DNA from: Gekko japonicus
Lineage: Eukaryota
Assembly (NCBI RefSeq): GCF_001447785.1
Contig: NW_015176458.1
Location: 1,612,216-1,675,223, forward strand
Reading direction: 5' to 3'
Length of the DNA stretch: 63,008 bases
Shown one piece after another: positions 50,290 to 61,823 of this stretch (position 1 is the first letter of the stretch; each line of letters starts with the position of its first letter). Below the pieces are notes generated by a model, which did not search any database, was not told the DNA's origin, and was given only the letters and a program-made list of their open reading frames with translations. A program made the position numbers and the translations under genes.

Positions 50290-52121
50290 ATGCCTTCCCT
50301 TCAAACATCCTACCCATCCCAAGTTAATTTATTGATCGTTGGACAGTCACTGAGATACGTGCAAGAGCACACAGCATGCCAATGTATTGTTTGTGTCCAC
50401 TAATCATATGTATGGAACTGGCACGTGAATGAACATGAACACATGCAGTTGCCTTCTACTGAGTCAGACCATCGGGCTATCAAGATGAATATTGTCTGAT
50501 CCGGCATCAGCTCTCCAGGGCCTCATCTAGAGGTCTTTCACCATCACCTCCTACCTGATCCTTTTAAATTGAGAAGTCAGGAATTGGACCTTATGCATTC
50601 AAATAAGGTGCTCCACCACTGACCCGGTCACACATAATTTGTAGCGCAGTGGGGGGGTTGTGGTTTGTGCCTTTAGGGACACCGACACAAAATTTCAAAG
50701 AACTGAAAAGTATTGGGAAGAACAAACCTTAGAGCATTCGAATCTACTCATTAAAATGATCTTCTTCTAAGGTTTCACATCTAGATACCTAAATTCTCCT
50801 CATGCTGTTGATTGTTATATTATAGATACACTGGGTTTTTTAATGTATCATTTGAGAACTATTTTGATTAGTATTTTATCAATGACTCTTTAAAAGAAAT
50901 GTCATTAGCCACCTCAAAAGCTGAGGGGGGTGTTCGGGCTGATGAATCCAAATAGGACAAACCAAAACACAAAACCCTGGAGCACTTCTGGAAAAAAATC
51001 ATTCTCCTTATGTGTTATCCGCACATTACTCTGTCGCTCCCAACAGGAAATATTGTCAAGCTACAATGGCCATGCCCTTCAGCTTCACAGGGGCAGAAAA
51101 CAGAGGGCAATTTGTGGCAAGGAAATGGTGGCCCATGTGGGAAACAATGGTGCTGCTGTCCTGGCAAGATTTATTTAGGGGAAATTATAGCGAGAAGCAA
51201 AAAGACTCAATAACTCTTAAGCCTGTCATGCTTGTGTCATACGTAGCCGCATTGTACCATGGAGCCGCAATCTGCTGTTTTGTAAACTGAGCTGTCAAAC
51301 ACTTGTTATTTTAAAGCTGGAATTTGTCAGGCTCCCCTGACAACCCAACAGCCCCAGCTCGGAGCCTGATTCATGGCCGACTCTGAGACAGAGGAAGTTC
51401 GTGTCTGCTGTAATCTAAACACCATGTAAATGGAACATAGAAGCAGCGCTGAAAGAAGAAAATAGGCTAAGCCCAATAAACTCAGAGCACTAACCCTCAA
51501 GAAGAAGTGGTCATGTAGAACTTCTGGAGCAGACCAAACGAAAGACCACTCCAGAATGCATGTTTGTAGAAATCTACTCAGGGCATCTGTTTGATGTTTG
51601 TAGAAATCTACTCAGGGCATCTAACAGTTCGTTTTAAAAGTTCAAACCCAGTTTTGACAAAGTGTATTCTCTTGCCATTTACTTCCAAGGCGGCCCACTG
51701 GGGTTAGCAATTTTAGGATTGCAGCCTTCAACATAATGAAACAACATCCCACATCTGTACTCTCTGCCACATCTGTATTTTCCATTTTAATCATAAATGC
51801 AGCCCAGTGCATACTGGTGGTATTTTTTTAAAGGTATGTATGGTCATTAATGTCATACAAAATGTTTTCCAGGTTTTCCTATTTCTCTGTTGGAAAGCAA
51901 AACAGAGGTGCATATTCATTCTAACTTGCAGAGAATCTATACTTGTTTCAAAACAATTTGCTATTATTATTATTTCACATTAGTGCAGTGCTATCGATGC
52001 TGAAAGTGCTTCACACACACGATCCTGTTTTAAAACTTACAACAACCCTACAGGTTAGGCCAGTCTTATTGTAAGAATGACCTTTAAATAATAATCAAAT
52101 TGCTGATTATATAGTGAATAG

Positions 52122-52319
52122 AGTAAAGGTAAAGGTTCCCTTGCTCGAAAGCCGGTCGAATCCAACTCTAGGGTTGCGGTGCTCATCTCCATTTCAAAGC
52201 CGAAGAGCCAGCGCTGTCCGAAGACGTTTCCGTGGTCATATGGCCGGCATGACTAAACACCAAGGTGCACGGAACGCTGTTACCTTCCCACTGAAGTGGT
52301 ACCTATTTATCTACTTGCA
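52122..52319 (-). mobile_element. Sauria SINE 3' half
   Basis: (acctt t)n-type tail seen as gtaaaggtaaagg on the plus strand, and ggtacctatttatctac. Confidence 0.85.
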
Positions 52320-52737
52320 ATGAACTAATCTTTTTTTAATGAAAATAGTGGCAACCACTATTCAACATTCATTACTGACACTTTATTTACTTCGTTGATT
52401 CCCCATCTTTCTCCCCAAAAAACATCCAATGTGGCATGCATTGTTCTGCTCTTCTCTATTTTATCCCCACAACAACCTTGTGAAATAGGCTAGGCTAAGA
52501 GTGTGTGACTGGCCCAAGGTCAGCCAGCAAGATTCCATAACAGAGCAGTGACTCGAACCTGGGTCTCCCAGATCCTGTTCTGACAACCTAACTGCTATGC
52601 CACACTGGAAGTATCTCAGAACAAAGTATGTGACATTTGGTTGTAGATCACAGATGAAAACAAGGTCCTGCCCCCAAAGTAAGCAATCCAATCAGGGTGG
52701 GTGCAGCTCACTCCCAACTCTTAGTGACTTTGCAAAG

Positions 52738-53275
52738 ATAGAATCATAGGATCATAGAGTTGGAAGGGACCACCAGGTCTAACCCACTGCACAATGCAGA
52801 AAATTCACGACTGCCTCCCCCCACAACCCAGTGACCCCTTCTCTACGGTCAAAAGGTGCCCCCCCCAAAAAAACCCTCCAGGATCCCTGGCCAAACTGGT
52901 CTGGAGAAAATTGTTTCCTGACCCCAAAGTGGTGCTTGGCATTTCCCTGAGCGTGTAAGAAAGGGCCACGAGAACCAAGCATTGATGCAACCCTTCCTGC
53001 CCTCCCTCTCATGATCTGCCTAAGGTCACAGAATCAGCATTGCTGTCCGATGGCCATCTAGCCTCTGTTTGAAAACCTCCAAAGAAGGAGAGCCCACCAC
53101 TTCCCAAGGAAGCCTGTTCCACTGGGGAACCACTCTGTCAGGAAGTTCTTCTTAATGCTTAGCCAAAAACTCTTTTGATTTAATTTCACCCCGTTGGTTC
53201 TGGTCTGGGGCAGCAGTAAACAACTCCGCACCATCCTCTGTATGACAGCCCTTCAAGTACTTGAAGATGGTTATG
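52738..53275 (-). mobile_element. CR1 LINE 3' end (ATAGAATC-tail subfamily)
   Basis: atagaatcataggatcatagagttggaagggacc...gttccactg...gtcaggaagttcttc...gacagcccttcaagtacttgaag. Confidence 0.88.
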
Positions 53276-56200
53276 AATCTGACCATTCTACCTGTAAGGA
53301 GAAACAATTACTTTTCATAGACCACTGACAATCCTAAGTCCTTACTGAGTCCAAATCTGCCAGGGTCAAATTTGCATAATTAAGCATAATAATTAAGCAT
53401 AATTGAACTTAGTAGAGTCTTCCCGCACAACTAGTCTGTTTTAAGTATATTAATGAATGTACAGAGAAGTGAAAATGCTGTCCTGTTAGCTAATTTTGTT
53501 TCTGGAGATCCATACATCTATATGTAAGTCTTGCTATACTTGTCTTAAATCTTTATTTAAAGTGCTTGTGAAAGCAAGCCTGCAATTGTGATCATCCCTC
53601 CAGCTAGCCTACCAACTGAATTTATTTATACAGCGATCTCCAACCTGGCTAAAAGAAGGTGGATGCTGCTTTCTATCCAACTCTGTCTAGACAATGTGAG
53701 AGGAAGGGAAAGTTCCCCTAATTAGATCTCAAGACCCCAAGGCATTAGATCATACTTCCAAGGAACACAACGCTTGAAATTTTAGAATCAGAGTTTAAAT
53801 TCATACACACAGAGTCCCAGACAAATATAATCAAGGAGATTACAGTGAAATTAACACAATGCCTTTGGGAAAGCTTGTGAATCAATTGTATGGAAGGTGA
53901 TTCAACCTGCCATATTATGGGACTTGAGGTTAAAATTTAAAAGCAGAAACAATCTCTTATTTTATATCTCGCGAGTACTTAAAATGCTTGTCATGGGATC
54001 TATGAAATGTTCTGCGAAAACTCAGAACCTCAAGGTTCAGTGGATAGGGGGCTAGGTGCAAACTACTGCTGTTGTATTTGCTGACCTTGAATATGCCCAG
54101 CGACTGCCAGTTCAAATGTAGGTGGCTGTATTTGCTTACATTTATTGGTTATTACCATTTCATTGCTTTTGGGAAAGCCTGATGATTTCCTGTATGTCTC
54201 CCTGCATTGTGGGTCTTGCGATTTGAAGACCACATTAAGCAGTGAATCATAAGCCTTCATATCTGTCACAAGAAAGAAGCTAGTTTGCTGCTAATCATAA
54301 TTTGGAGTTAAGTAGTTAAAATATCTGGAGAACATAGATAATTTGGCACAAAGTGTTCAAATATTGCAAAACGTGCATGTGGCTTGAGAATGTGGAAATC
54401 CTAATCATGTATGTTCAATGTAAGCATGACACAAACACAGACTTACATGGCAGATTTCAAAAATAGCCACCAGATCAGGGTTTAGAAGTGACAAGTTGAA
54501 ACACTAAATGTGAATTCTGGGTTTTGCCAAAGCTATTGGTAACTTTGGATAATACCCTTTCCTCAGAGGAACATTTACTTCTCAGTAGCTTTCCTCCCTC
54601 CCGAATATTTCATTCCTCACCCATGACTGTGAAAACATATAATTGAAAATGATTGAAGAACCGTTTAGAATCTTGTAGTAAATGAATGACTATTAATTGT
54701 AATGAGTATTGCCACCTCTCTCTGACCTCCAGATGTTCCAAAGCAGAGTTGCGAAACTGGACTTCATGGAATAAAGTAGTGTGAAGTTCATTTTTTGCAG
54801 TTTTAATAACATAGACTATAGCATGCAAGCCACTTTTCATTCATTGTACGTGTGTATCACATTTCATTCTTTGTCATATTGTAATTCAGATATCAATAAT
54901 ACAAACACCATTGAAAACAGAATAATTTAGAAAGGATGTGTTTTTCTACTTTCCTACATAATAATGAGAGTGTATTAAAACAAGTACAGAATGTTATTTT
55001 GAAACACTAGAAGTCAAATACACACAGTGCATACAGTATTCCTTTTAAACTCCCATTCTTGAAACTCCGTACAGTATTCCTTTTAAACTCCCATTCTTAA
55101 AATCTAGATCACTTCTTAACAATAGAGAGAATATGCCAAAATGTTTCTCTCTTGGGTACAGGTTTTTCTCTCTCTTGCAATTCTTGCAGTATTGGGAAGA
55201 TAAGGTAATAAAGATTTCAGTATCATATATTACATTTAATTCTACTCTTCCTCCAGAAGAGTTTAGAGTTAGGATTACTTGGATGTTCCTGCCTTGATTT
55301 TATCCTTACTCCTGAAGTAGTTAAGTATGAAAGAAACAGGTTAAAAGTCACCCATTGGACTTCATTGATGAGAGATTTGAACATTTTCTCTCTTCTAAGG
55401 TATTTTAACAATAACACCACACTTTAGGATGTGGTCCTTCACATACCAAAATAAAAAAGGAGAGCTTGGAGTAGCATCATCCAAAATATTTTTCACCACC
55501 AGAATGATTCATGCTGGCCCCTTTCAGACAGCCTTTGTAATCCATTTTAGCAGCTGGTTGCTAATGGATTTTTGTGTCCTTTCAGACACATCCGTTTTGG
55601 TTCCTGGCTGCTGACTTTTTTTTTTTAACCTTTTCATACAAGGTGCCTGTATCCAGTTCAGAAAGTGAGGGTGAGATTTTTAAAACACACACACACAAAC
55701 CTCCTTCTTCCATTTTCTGGTCTTCTCTGCACTTCTGAATCATTATACTGTGGTGTTTGAAAGTAACTGGCTGCTAGCAGAACTTATTTACTTGTTCATA
55801 CAAACCCACTTGCATCCCATTGGCGAAGCATGCCCGAGTCATTGTTGACATAAACGGCTTTCTTCCATTTTCAACTCCTTTGTTGCACTTCTGAATCACT
55901 GTGGTGTGCTGTTTGAAATGACCGTAGCACTACCTGCAGTGCCACTTTCCCCCCTGCCCTTTTTTGCCGGGTGCATGATCTTCTTCAGCCTTTTTTTTTT
56001 TTGAACAGTTCTAATTGCCACTTTTCCCCCTGCCCTTTTTTGCCGGGTGCACGATCTTCTTCAGCCTTTTTTTTTAAACAGTTCTACTGGGAGTGCTAAA
56101 GTGCTAAACCAATATACCACTTCAATGCCTAGCAGCACCATAGGCATGCATTGACTCAGGATCTCAAGTGCTGAATTGATACAATGCAATCGATCACGGC

Positions 56201-57211
56201 TGTTGTCATCTGGGAACAAGAAGAGAGAAGTTGCTCATTGGGCAGCAGGTGCTCAGTGATTCATGTGACAAACATCCTGATGTTAACCCATCCATGCCCA
56301 AAAGTGATTGGCTGCAAAGTGACTTTCAGGACAGGAGAAGCAGCGTAGACTATCACACTCTGGTTTTTCAGTGGGTTAAAGAAAGGCTGCTTGGATTTTT
56401 TAAATGCCCATTGCATCTTCCAGTCCTGCATCTTCACCATTGCATCTTCCAGCCCTGCAAACAGACACCAGGTTTCCACCTGTATCCAAGTCTCCCTGAA
56501 TTACAGATGTCAGCCTCCAGGTGGGACCTGGGGATTGCCTGGATTTACCACTCAGCTCCAGACTGCAGAGAGCAGTTCCCTGGAGAAAAGGGATGTTTTG
56601 GAGGGTGCACTCTGTATGGCATTGTACGCCACTGAGGTCCCTGTCCTCCCCAGGCTCCATCCCCAGGTCTCCATGAGTTCTCCAACCTGGAGCTGGCAAC
56701 CCTACCCCCCACCCCTACCCGTCTCTAGCCAGAAAGGACACGGCAACCCTTCCAGGCCCACCAGAGTGTTATCAGACCTGAGTTGCAATGAGAGCGCGCA
56801 AATGCAAGAGAACCAGAAAATATTGAGTTGTAAATACAAGATGAAATTTTATTATAGTGCATAAAAGGAAAAGATAACATGCCCCCAAGCCTCACACAAA
56901 TGAAACTTCCCCACTTCTCCCCACTGCTCCCCCTCTTCATCCTCATTCCATTCCCCGCTGGGTACTTCTCCTTCCCCTCATCACCGCCACTTTCTGGATC
57001 CCTCCCCCAACTCTCCTGCTGCCACTTTCTCCTCAAGGCTCACTTGTATGGGTTGCTCGAGGGCCCCATAATGCCGACTGTGATGCCGTGATACCTCAGA
57101 GAGAATTTGTCTCTTTAACTTTTGGGGTGAGGGTTTAAACTCCCCCCCTTTTTATTTTTGGATTTTTCTACATGTTAGAAACATTTCTCCTTTACGCAAA
57201 TGGCCCCATGG

Positions 57212-57417
57212 CAATGCTCCCTCTAAGCTGTAGAGTCATGTGAGCAAAAAATCTACTTTGTGAGCTACAGGCATTAAAGTTGTGAGCAAGCCATTTGGCT
57301 ACTGCATAACTTAGTTTGCTCTGGAGCCATCCTTCCTGAGCCAAGACAAAAATGTGTGAGCCAGAGGCTAAAAGACTGTGAGCTAACTCACACTAACTCA
57401 GCTTAGAGAGAACACTG
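57212..57417. mobile_element. hAT MITE (CAGTGTTCCCTCTAAGCTG-type TIR)
   Basis: TIRs caatgctccctctaagctg / cagcttagagagaacactg with a perfect 8-bp TSD ccccatgg. The same family occurs at 25286-25489, 27109-27312, 34196-34370 and 42767-42954. Confidence 0.92.
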
Positions 57418-58521
57418 CCCCATGGTATGGGGGTTTTTGGTCCACATTCTGGGTCCAAATTCAGAATTATATATGTTATTTACATATAATGTATAATGCT
57501 GACATTGTCACAGAAATAATGTTGGGAAAATCTGCAAGGAAACAAAAAAAAATGGTTTGAAAGAACTACAGTTTGCCCCAGCGAAAGCAAAATAGAGATT
57601 TTTTTCCCAATTAAAGTAAGAGATCAGAAATGCAAAATCATCTGTAATCTCCTTTTCAGTATTTGAGGGCTCCTAGTAACTGCAGATGGAGAGAAGAAGA
57701 TTTTTCTCACCCAGATCTACAATTGTCAGCCAGCCAGCTTGTTGCTCACTCTCTCTTATTTTTTAATCGCATCTGTATTTTCTTCCTTCCAGTGCTGGAA
57801 CACAATTAAAACACTCTGAATAAGCAGTTGTCTGCTTATAGCATGATCCCAAGCAAAGTTACATCCTTTTAAGCACATTGACTTCAATAGACTTAGAAGG
57901 GCATCAGTCTACTTAAGACTGCACAGTTACTGTCCCTGCAGCAAGGCTAGCCAGCCCCCAAGATCCCATCACTTGGGGGGAAATGTCATGCTGCAAGTTC
58001 ACATCAGGCTCCTGCCACTTTAACAGAGCCTTTGGAACATGCCCGTTTGTAGGTATTTTCCCCACTGTAGAGAAGAAAGGCCCTTAATAACCATGAAGTT
58101 TTCCAAAAAATCTCAAACCCTCAAATGTAAACACATTCTGAAGTCAAAAACTAAAAACTATGTTTTGGGACATGTTTTGAATTGTCTAAGAGCTTGATTT
58201 CAGGTTAGCAGAAGTAAATAAGCAACGACAACATCGTCAAATGCCCAAAGCAAACAATTCCCTTGGCGACAAATTTGTGTACTGGGGAGCTTACTCCAGA
58301 CAGAGCAGAAAGATCTAGAATTCTTGGTGGAGCAATAGGATCATCACCATAACAGTTCCACCATTTCTGTTGCACATGGATAACCCCGTAAGAGCTGAGA
58401 GAGTCTGAGAGAATCTTCAGATTATACACCCATCTTCATCTATAAAACGGAGACAGCTATAAAGGATCCCTCAGAATCCTGGAGCTAGCAGGGAGAAAAA
58501 CTGGTACAACCTCCCCCCTCC

Positions 58522-58768
58522 CTAGGGTTGCCAGGTCCCCCCTGGCCACCAGCACAGGAATGGAGGTGGGTAAGGTTGCCAGATGCAGGCTGAGAAACTC
58601 CTGGGGATTTGGGGGTGGAGCCTGGGAAGGTCAGGGACTTTAGTGGGGTACAATGCCATAGACTCCACCCTCCAAACATCCATTTTCTCCAGCGGGACTG
58701 ATCTCTGTAGTCTGGAGATGAGTTGTGATTCCGTGGGATCTCCAGGTCCCACCGGGATGCTGGCATCC
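58522..58768. mobile_element. TAGGGTTGCCA-TIR MITE
   Basis: Starts tagggttgccagg and carries the family's internal sequence in reverse orientation. Confidence 0.8.
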
Positions 58769-60563
58769 TCCTCACATACACACACAATCACTAGTAGAGT
58801 AAACTGAGCTAAATCCAAATATACAGCTAACTAGGCGTTTGGCCCAGTGATGCTTTGGTACATGATAGAATTAATGACAATAGTGGGTTAGATTTTGATC
58901 GTTGACCACAGCATCTTATGGGGGGGAAGAGAGAGGCCTAGCCAGACGTGTTCTAATCATCATACCCTTATTTTCCTATGACTTTATGTTTTGCGATATT
59001 ACATTATCTCTGTCTCTTCTTTCCTTATGTTTCAACTTTTTTGAAGACAGATATCCAGCATCAGTTGCATTAAAAAACATGATCTATATAACTTCTGATT
59101 GATTTTTCTGGTGAACCGGGAATGCTACAGCAGCGTCAGGTTCAAGAAACTTGATAGGTATTTTCTGCTAGAGTTAAACAGTTGTTTTCAATCTGCATAA
59201 TTACAGATAATTAGGGTCCTTTGGGAAATAGACACCATTCACTGAAGCCCTGTTGGCTTTCCTACACTCCTATATGTTGGTCACAGGATATGCATCACTT
59301 TAAATCCACGAACAATGGCCAACATTATAATTTGCATTTGCTACTTAATGCCCATTCTCCATTCACTTTGCAAGGCCCCTAAATGCATATTTTGAAATCA
59401 CTCTAATGAATAAAGCAGAATAGGATGGCAAATTACAACTAAATCTCACTAGGAGAGTTTAAAGCCCATCTTTTTTTGTTTAGTTACTCCAATGGCTGGA
59501 GTAATTGGATGATAGCTGTAGGGCACCCATTTGGTCTATAATTAGGTTATTTCTTCCTCATCCCCTCTGTGTGTGTATAATTACAAATTAATTTGAAATC
59601 CCACTGTGAGAAAAAATCAACATAATATCACAGAGAGGGAAAAAACAAGAGCAATAGGACATTTTAAAAAATGTATTGTTAGTGCTCATGTCAAAATATT
59701 CACTTGGGCCAAAAGTCATATCCATGCTGGCTTCAATTCTCATATTTTTATTCTTCCATACATTTTTTTCTCTGACAATGGCCTTTATTCTTTATTCACT
59801 GAAATGCCAATAAGAACCGTAAAAGCCATTATAGTATGATGGACAGAGTATTCAACTGGAGAGTGTTGTGTGTATGTAAAGTGCCATTAAGTCACAGCCG
59901 ATTTACGGCGACCTCGTAGAGTTTTCAAGGCAAGAGATATTCAGAAGTGGTTTGAAGAAGAAGAGAGGAGGAGATTGAATTTATACCCCACCCTTCACTA
60001 CCCCAAGGAGTCTCAGAGAGGCTTACAATATTCTTCCCCTTCCCTTTGATTGATTGTGGGATTTTATGGCAGTGGTTGAATCTGCCTTTGCATTTTTAAA
60101 TCAGTTTCATGCTGCTGTGATGCCGTCTTTCTCTATGCTTGTTTGAACATTGTTTGGAGAAGATTCACTTAAAGCAGTGCAAAGGCACAATGACAGTGGA
60201 GCCGTCACGAGAGGGTGATAAACATATGCAGATATGCAAAAGTATGCTAGCACTGTTGAGATGTGAAAACGAAAGCAAATGTAGATAGCTTTTTTGAAGA
60301 CAGAGTCAGAAGGCTGGGAAACTGGTGGGAAAGACAAATGCAGATTCGACCAGTATCCAGACCGCATGCCACTTTCACTTTGTCTGACCTCTTGGTTTTA
60401 TGGTTACTGTCTGCATAGATTTATGGCCCTTTTAAGGCTATTCAGGGGTGATTTTGCAGTCAGTACGGCATTAGCCTGGGGTATCTGAATGTGGTTTTGA
60501 GCTGCATCTTTTTCTGTTCCAGTGTGGGTTTGGTACAACAACGGAGCAAATGCTAGATGCAGA

Positions 60564-61823
60564 ATGGGCCTCCCCCTCCTCTGTTCTATCAGAGTTTATT
60601 CTTCTTTAGTAAAGTGAGAATTAAATGATATGCTAAAGCTAATGATAAAAACTGTAATCTTTACTATCAATGTTGTAAAAGAAATAGGTGACTTCCTGGA
60701 GAAAGTCTCCTCTTTAATGAGCAGCCTTGGCAAAAAGGAGGCAATGACTTCTCATAACAATTATACTGACCTAGCTGCAAGCCGCTCAAAAGCTTTGCCG
60801 AGGAAAAGTAATCCAGCTCCAATGCCTTCCTCTGGTTTCCAACAGCCCAGGCAGCTAAAGGCTGACAGGGGTAAAAAGACATGGAGGCATGATGGAACGT
60901 GTGCCCTTACTTTGCAATTACACAAAATTTGCTTATCCATTTGTCATTATAAAGGACACCAAATAAATTGGTCTACCAAGAACCAAGTAACTAGGCACTT
61001 AAACTGTATTCTAAAGAAACTGCCTTCATTTGTTGACTTAATTTCACTTGAAGTTTTAAAACGTTCCAGCCAAATAGAAAGAATTGTGCTTCTTTTCAAA
61101 ACGAAGAAAGTCCCACTGTTTCCGCTGAACCACCGACAGTTTTTAAGGAAATCTGGAGTATTTCCAACTAGAGTGCTTCAAAATAACAAGGTCTCTCCCC
61201 TCCTTGCAAACCTCTCCTATAGGCCCTGTGTGCCAGAGACAGACAGAAAGACGGCTCTGGCAAAGACATCACTGTCAGGGTCCTTTATGAAACCTGCCCC
61301 AACTATAAGGTCGGAACAAATATCTACTCCACTCACAAGGGCCCCGTACCTAGAAATATTCTGTGGAAAAGGGGCTATTGACATCTTGTGCTGGCCTTTC
61401 AAAGGGAGATCAATCAGAGATTGTGGTCAGGCTAGAAGAGCTTACAGGTCAACTTCAAGGCCTGGCTAAGCAAATTGATTTTTCTGAACTAAATTGGGCA
61501 AGATCGACCAAAGAGGCTTGGAGGAGCCTTCCTCCAATGTTATGGAACAGAGTACATCTGGAGGAGAGGAAGAGATGACTTCACCATCTGCTGACCTCCC
61601 CTACATACTGGTCTTACCAAACGATGAGGAAGACAGAATCTTTAAGCTTACACACTTGACAGCACCATCGGAACCTCTAATGCAAATGCCTGATGACCAA
61701 ACATCTGAACCTCCACTCTTATCAACATCCTTGGCCTCTAACAATAGACTTCTTCAAAGAGCAAATGGATGTGTATTTGATGATAGCAGAAAAATTCTGG
61801 ACAATATTGAAATAGAGGATTGA
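60564..61823 (+). pseudogene. LINE ORF1, decayed
   Basis: ORF 60630-61469 and ORF 61494-61823 share a frame and are bridged by a shifted segment (61363-61578, coiled-coil-like IVVRLEELTGQLQGL). An in-frame upstream ATG at 60564 is followed by a TGA at 60615. The ORF ends ...NIEIED* immediately before ORF2. Confidence 0.7.

Noticed and set aside
52122-52319. Sauria 3' half here and 5' half at 10536 as one element split by an inversion
   Set aside because: The breakpoints are roughly complementary, but the 5' half has its own flanking direct repeats, and 5'-truncated SINE copies are common.
58294-58439. Minus-strand AG...GTAAGC exon candidate
   Set aside because: Stop codons occur in all three frames and there is no supporting homology.
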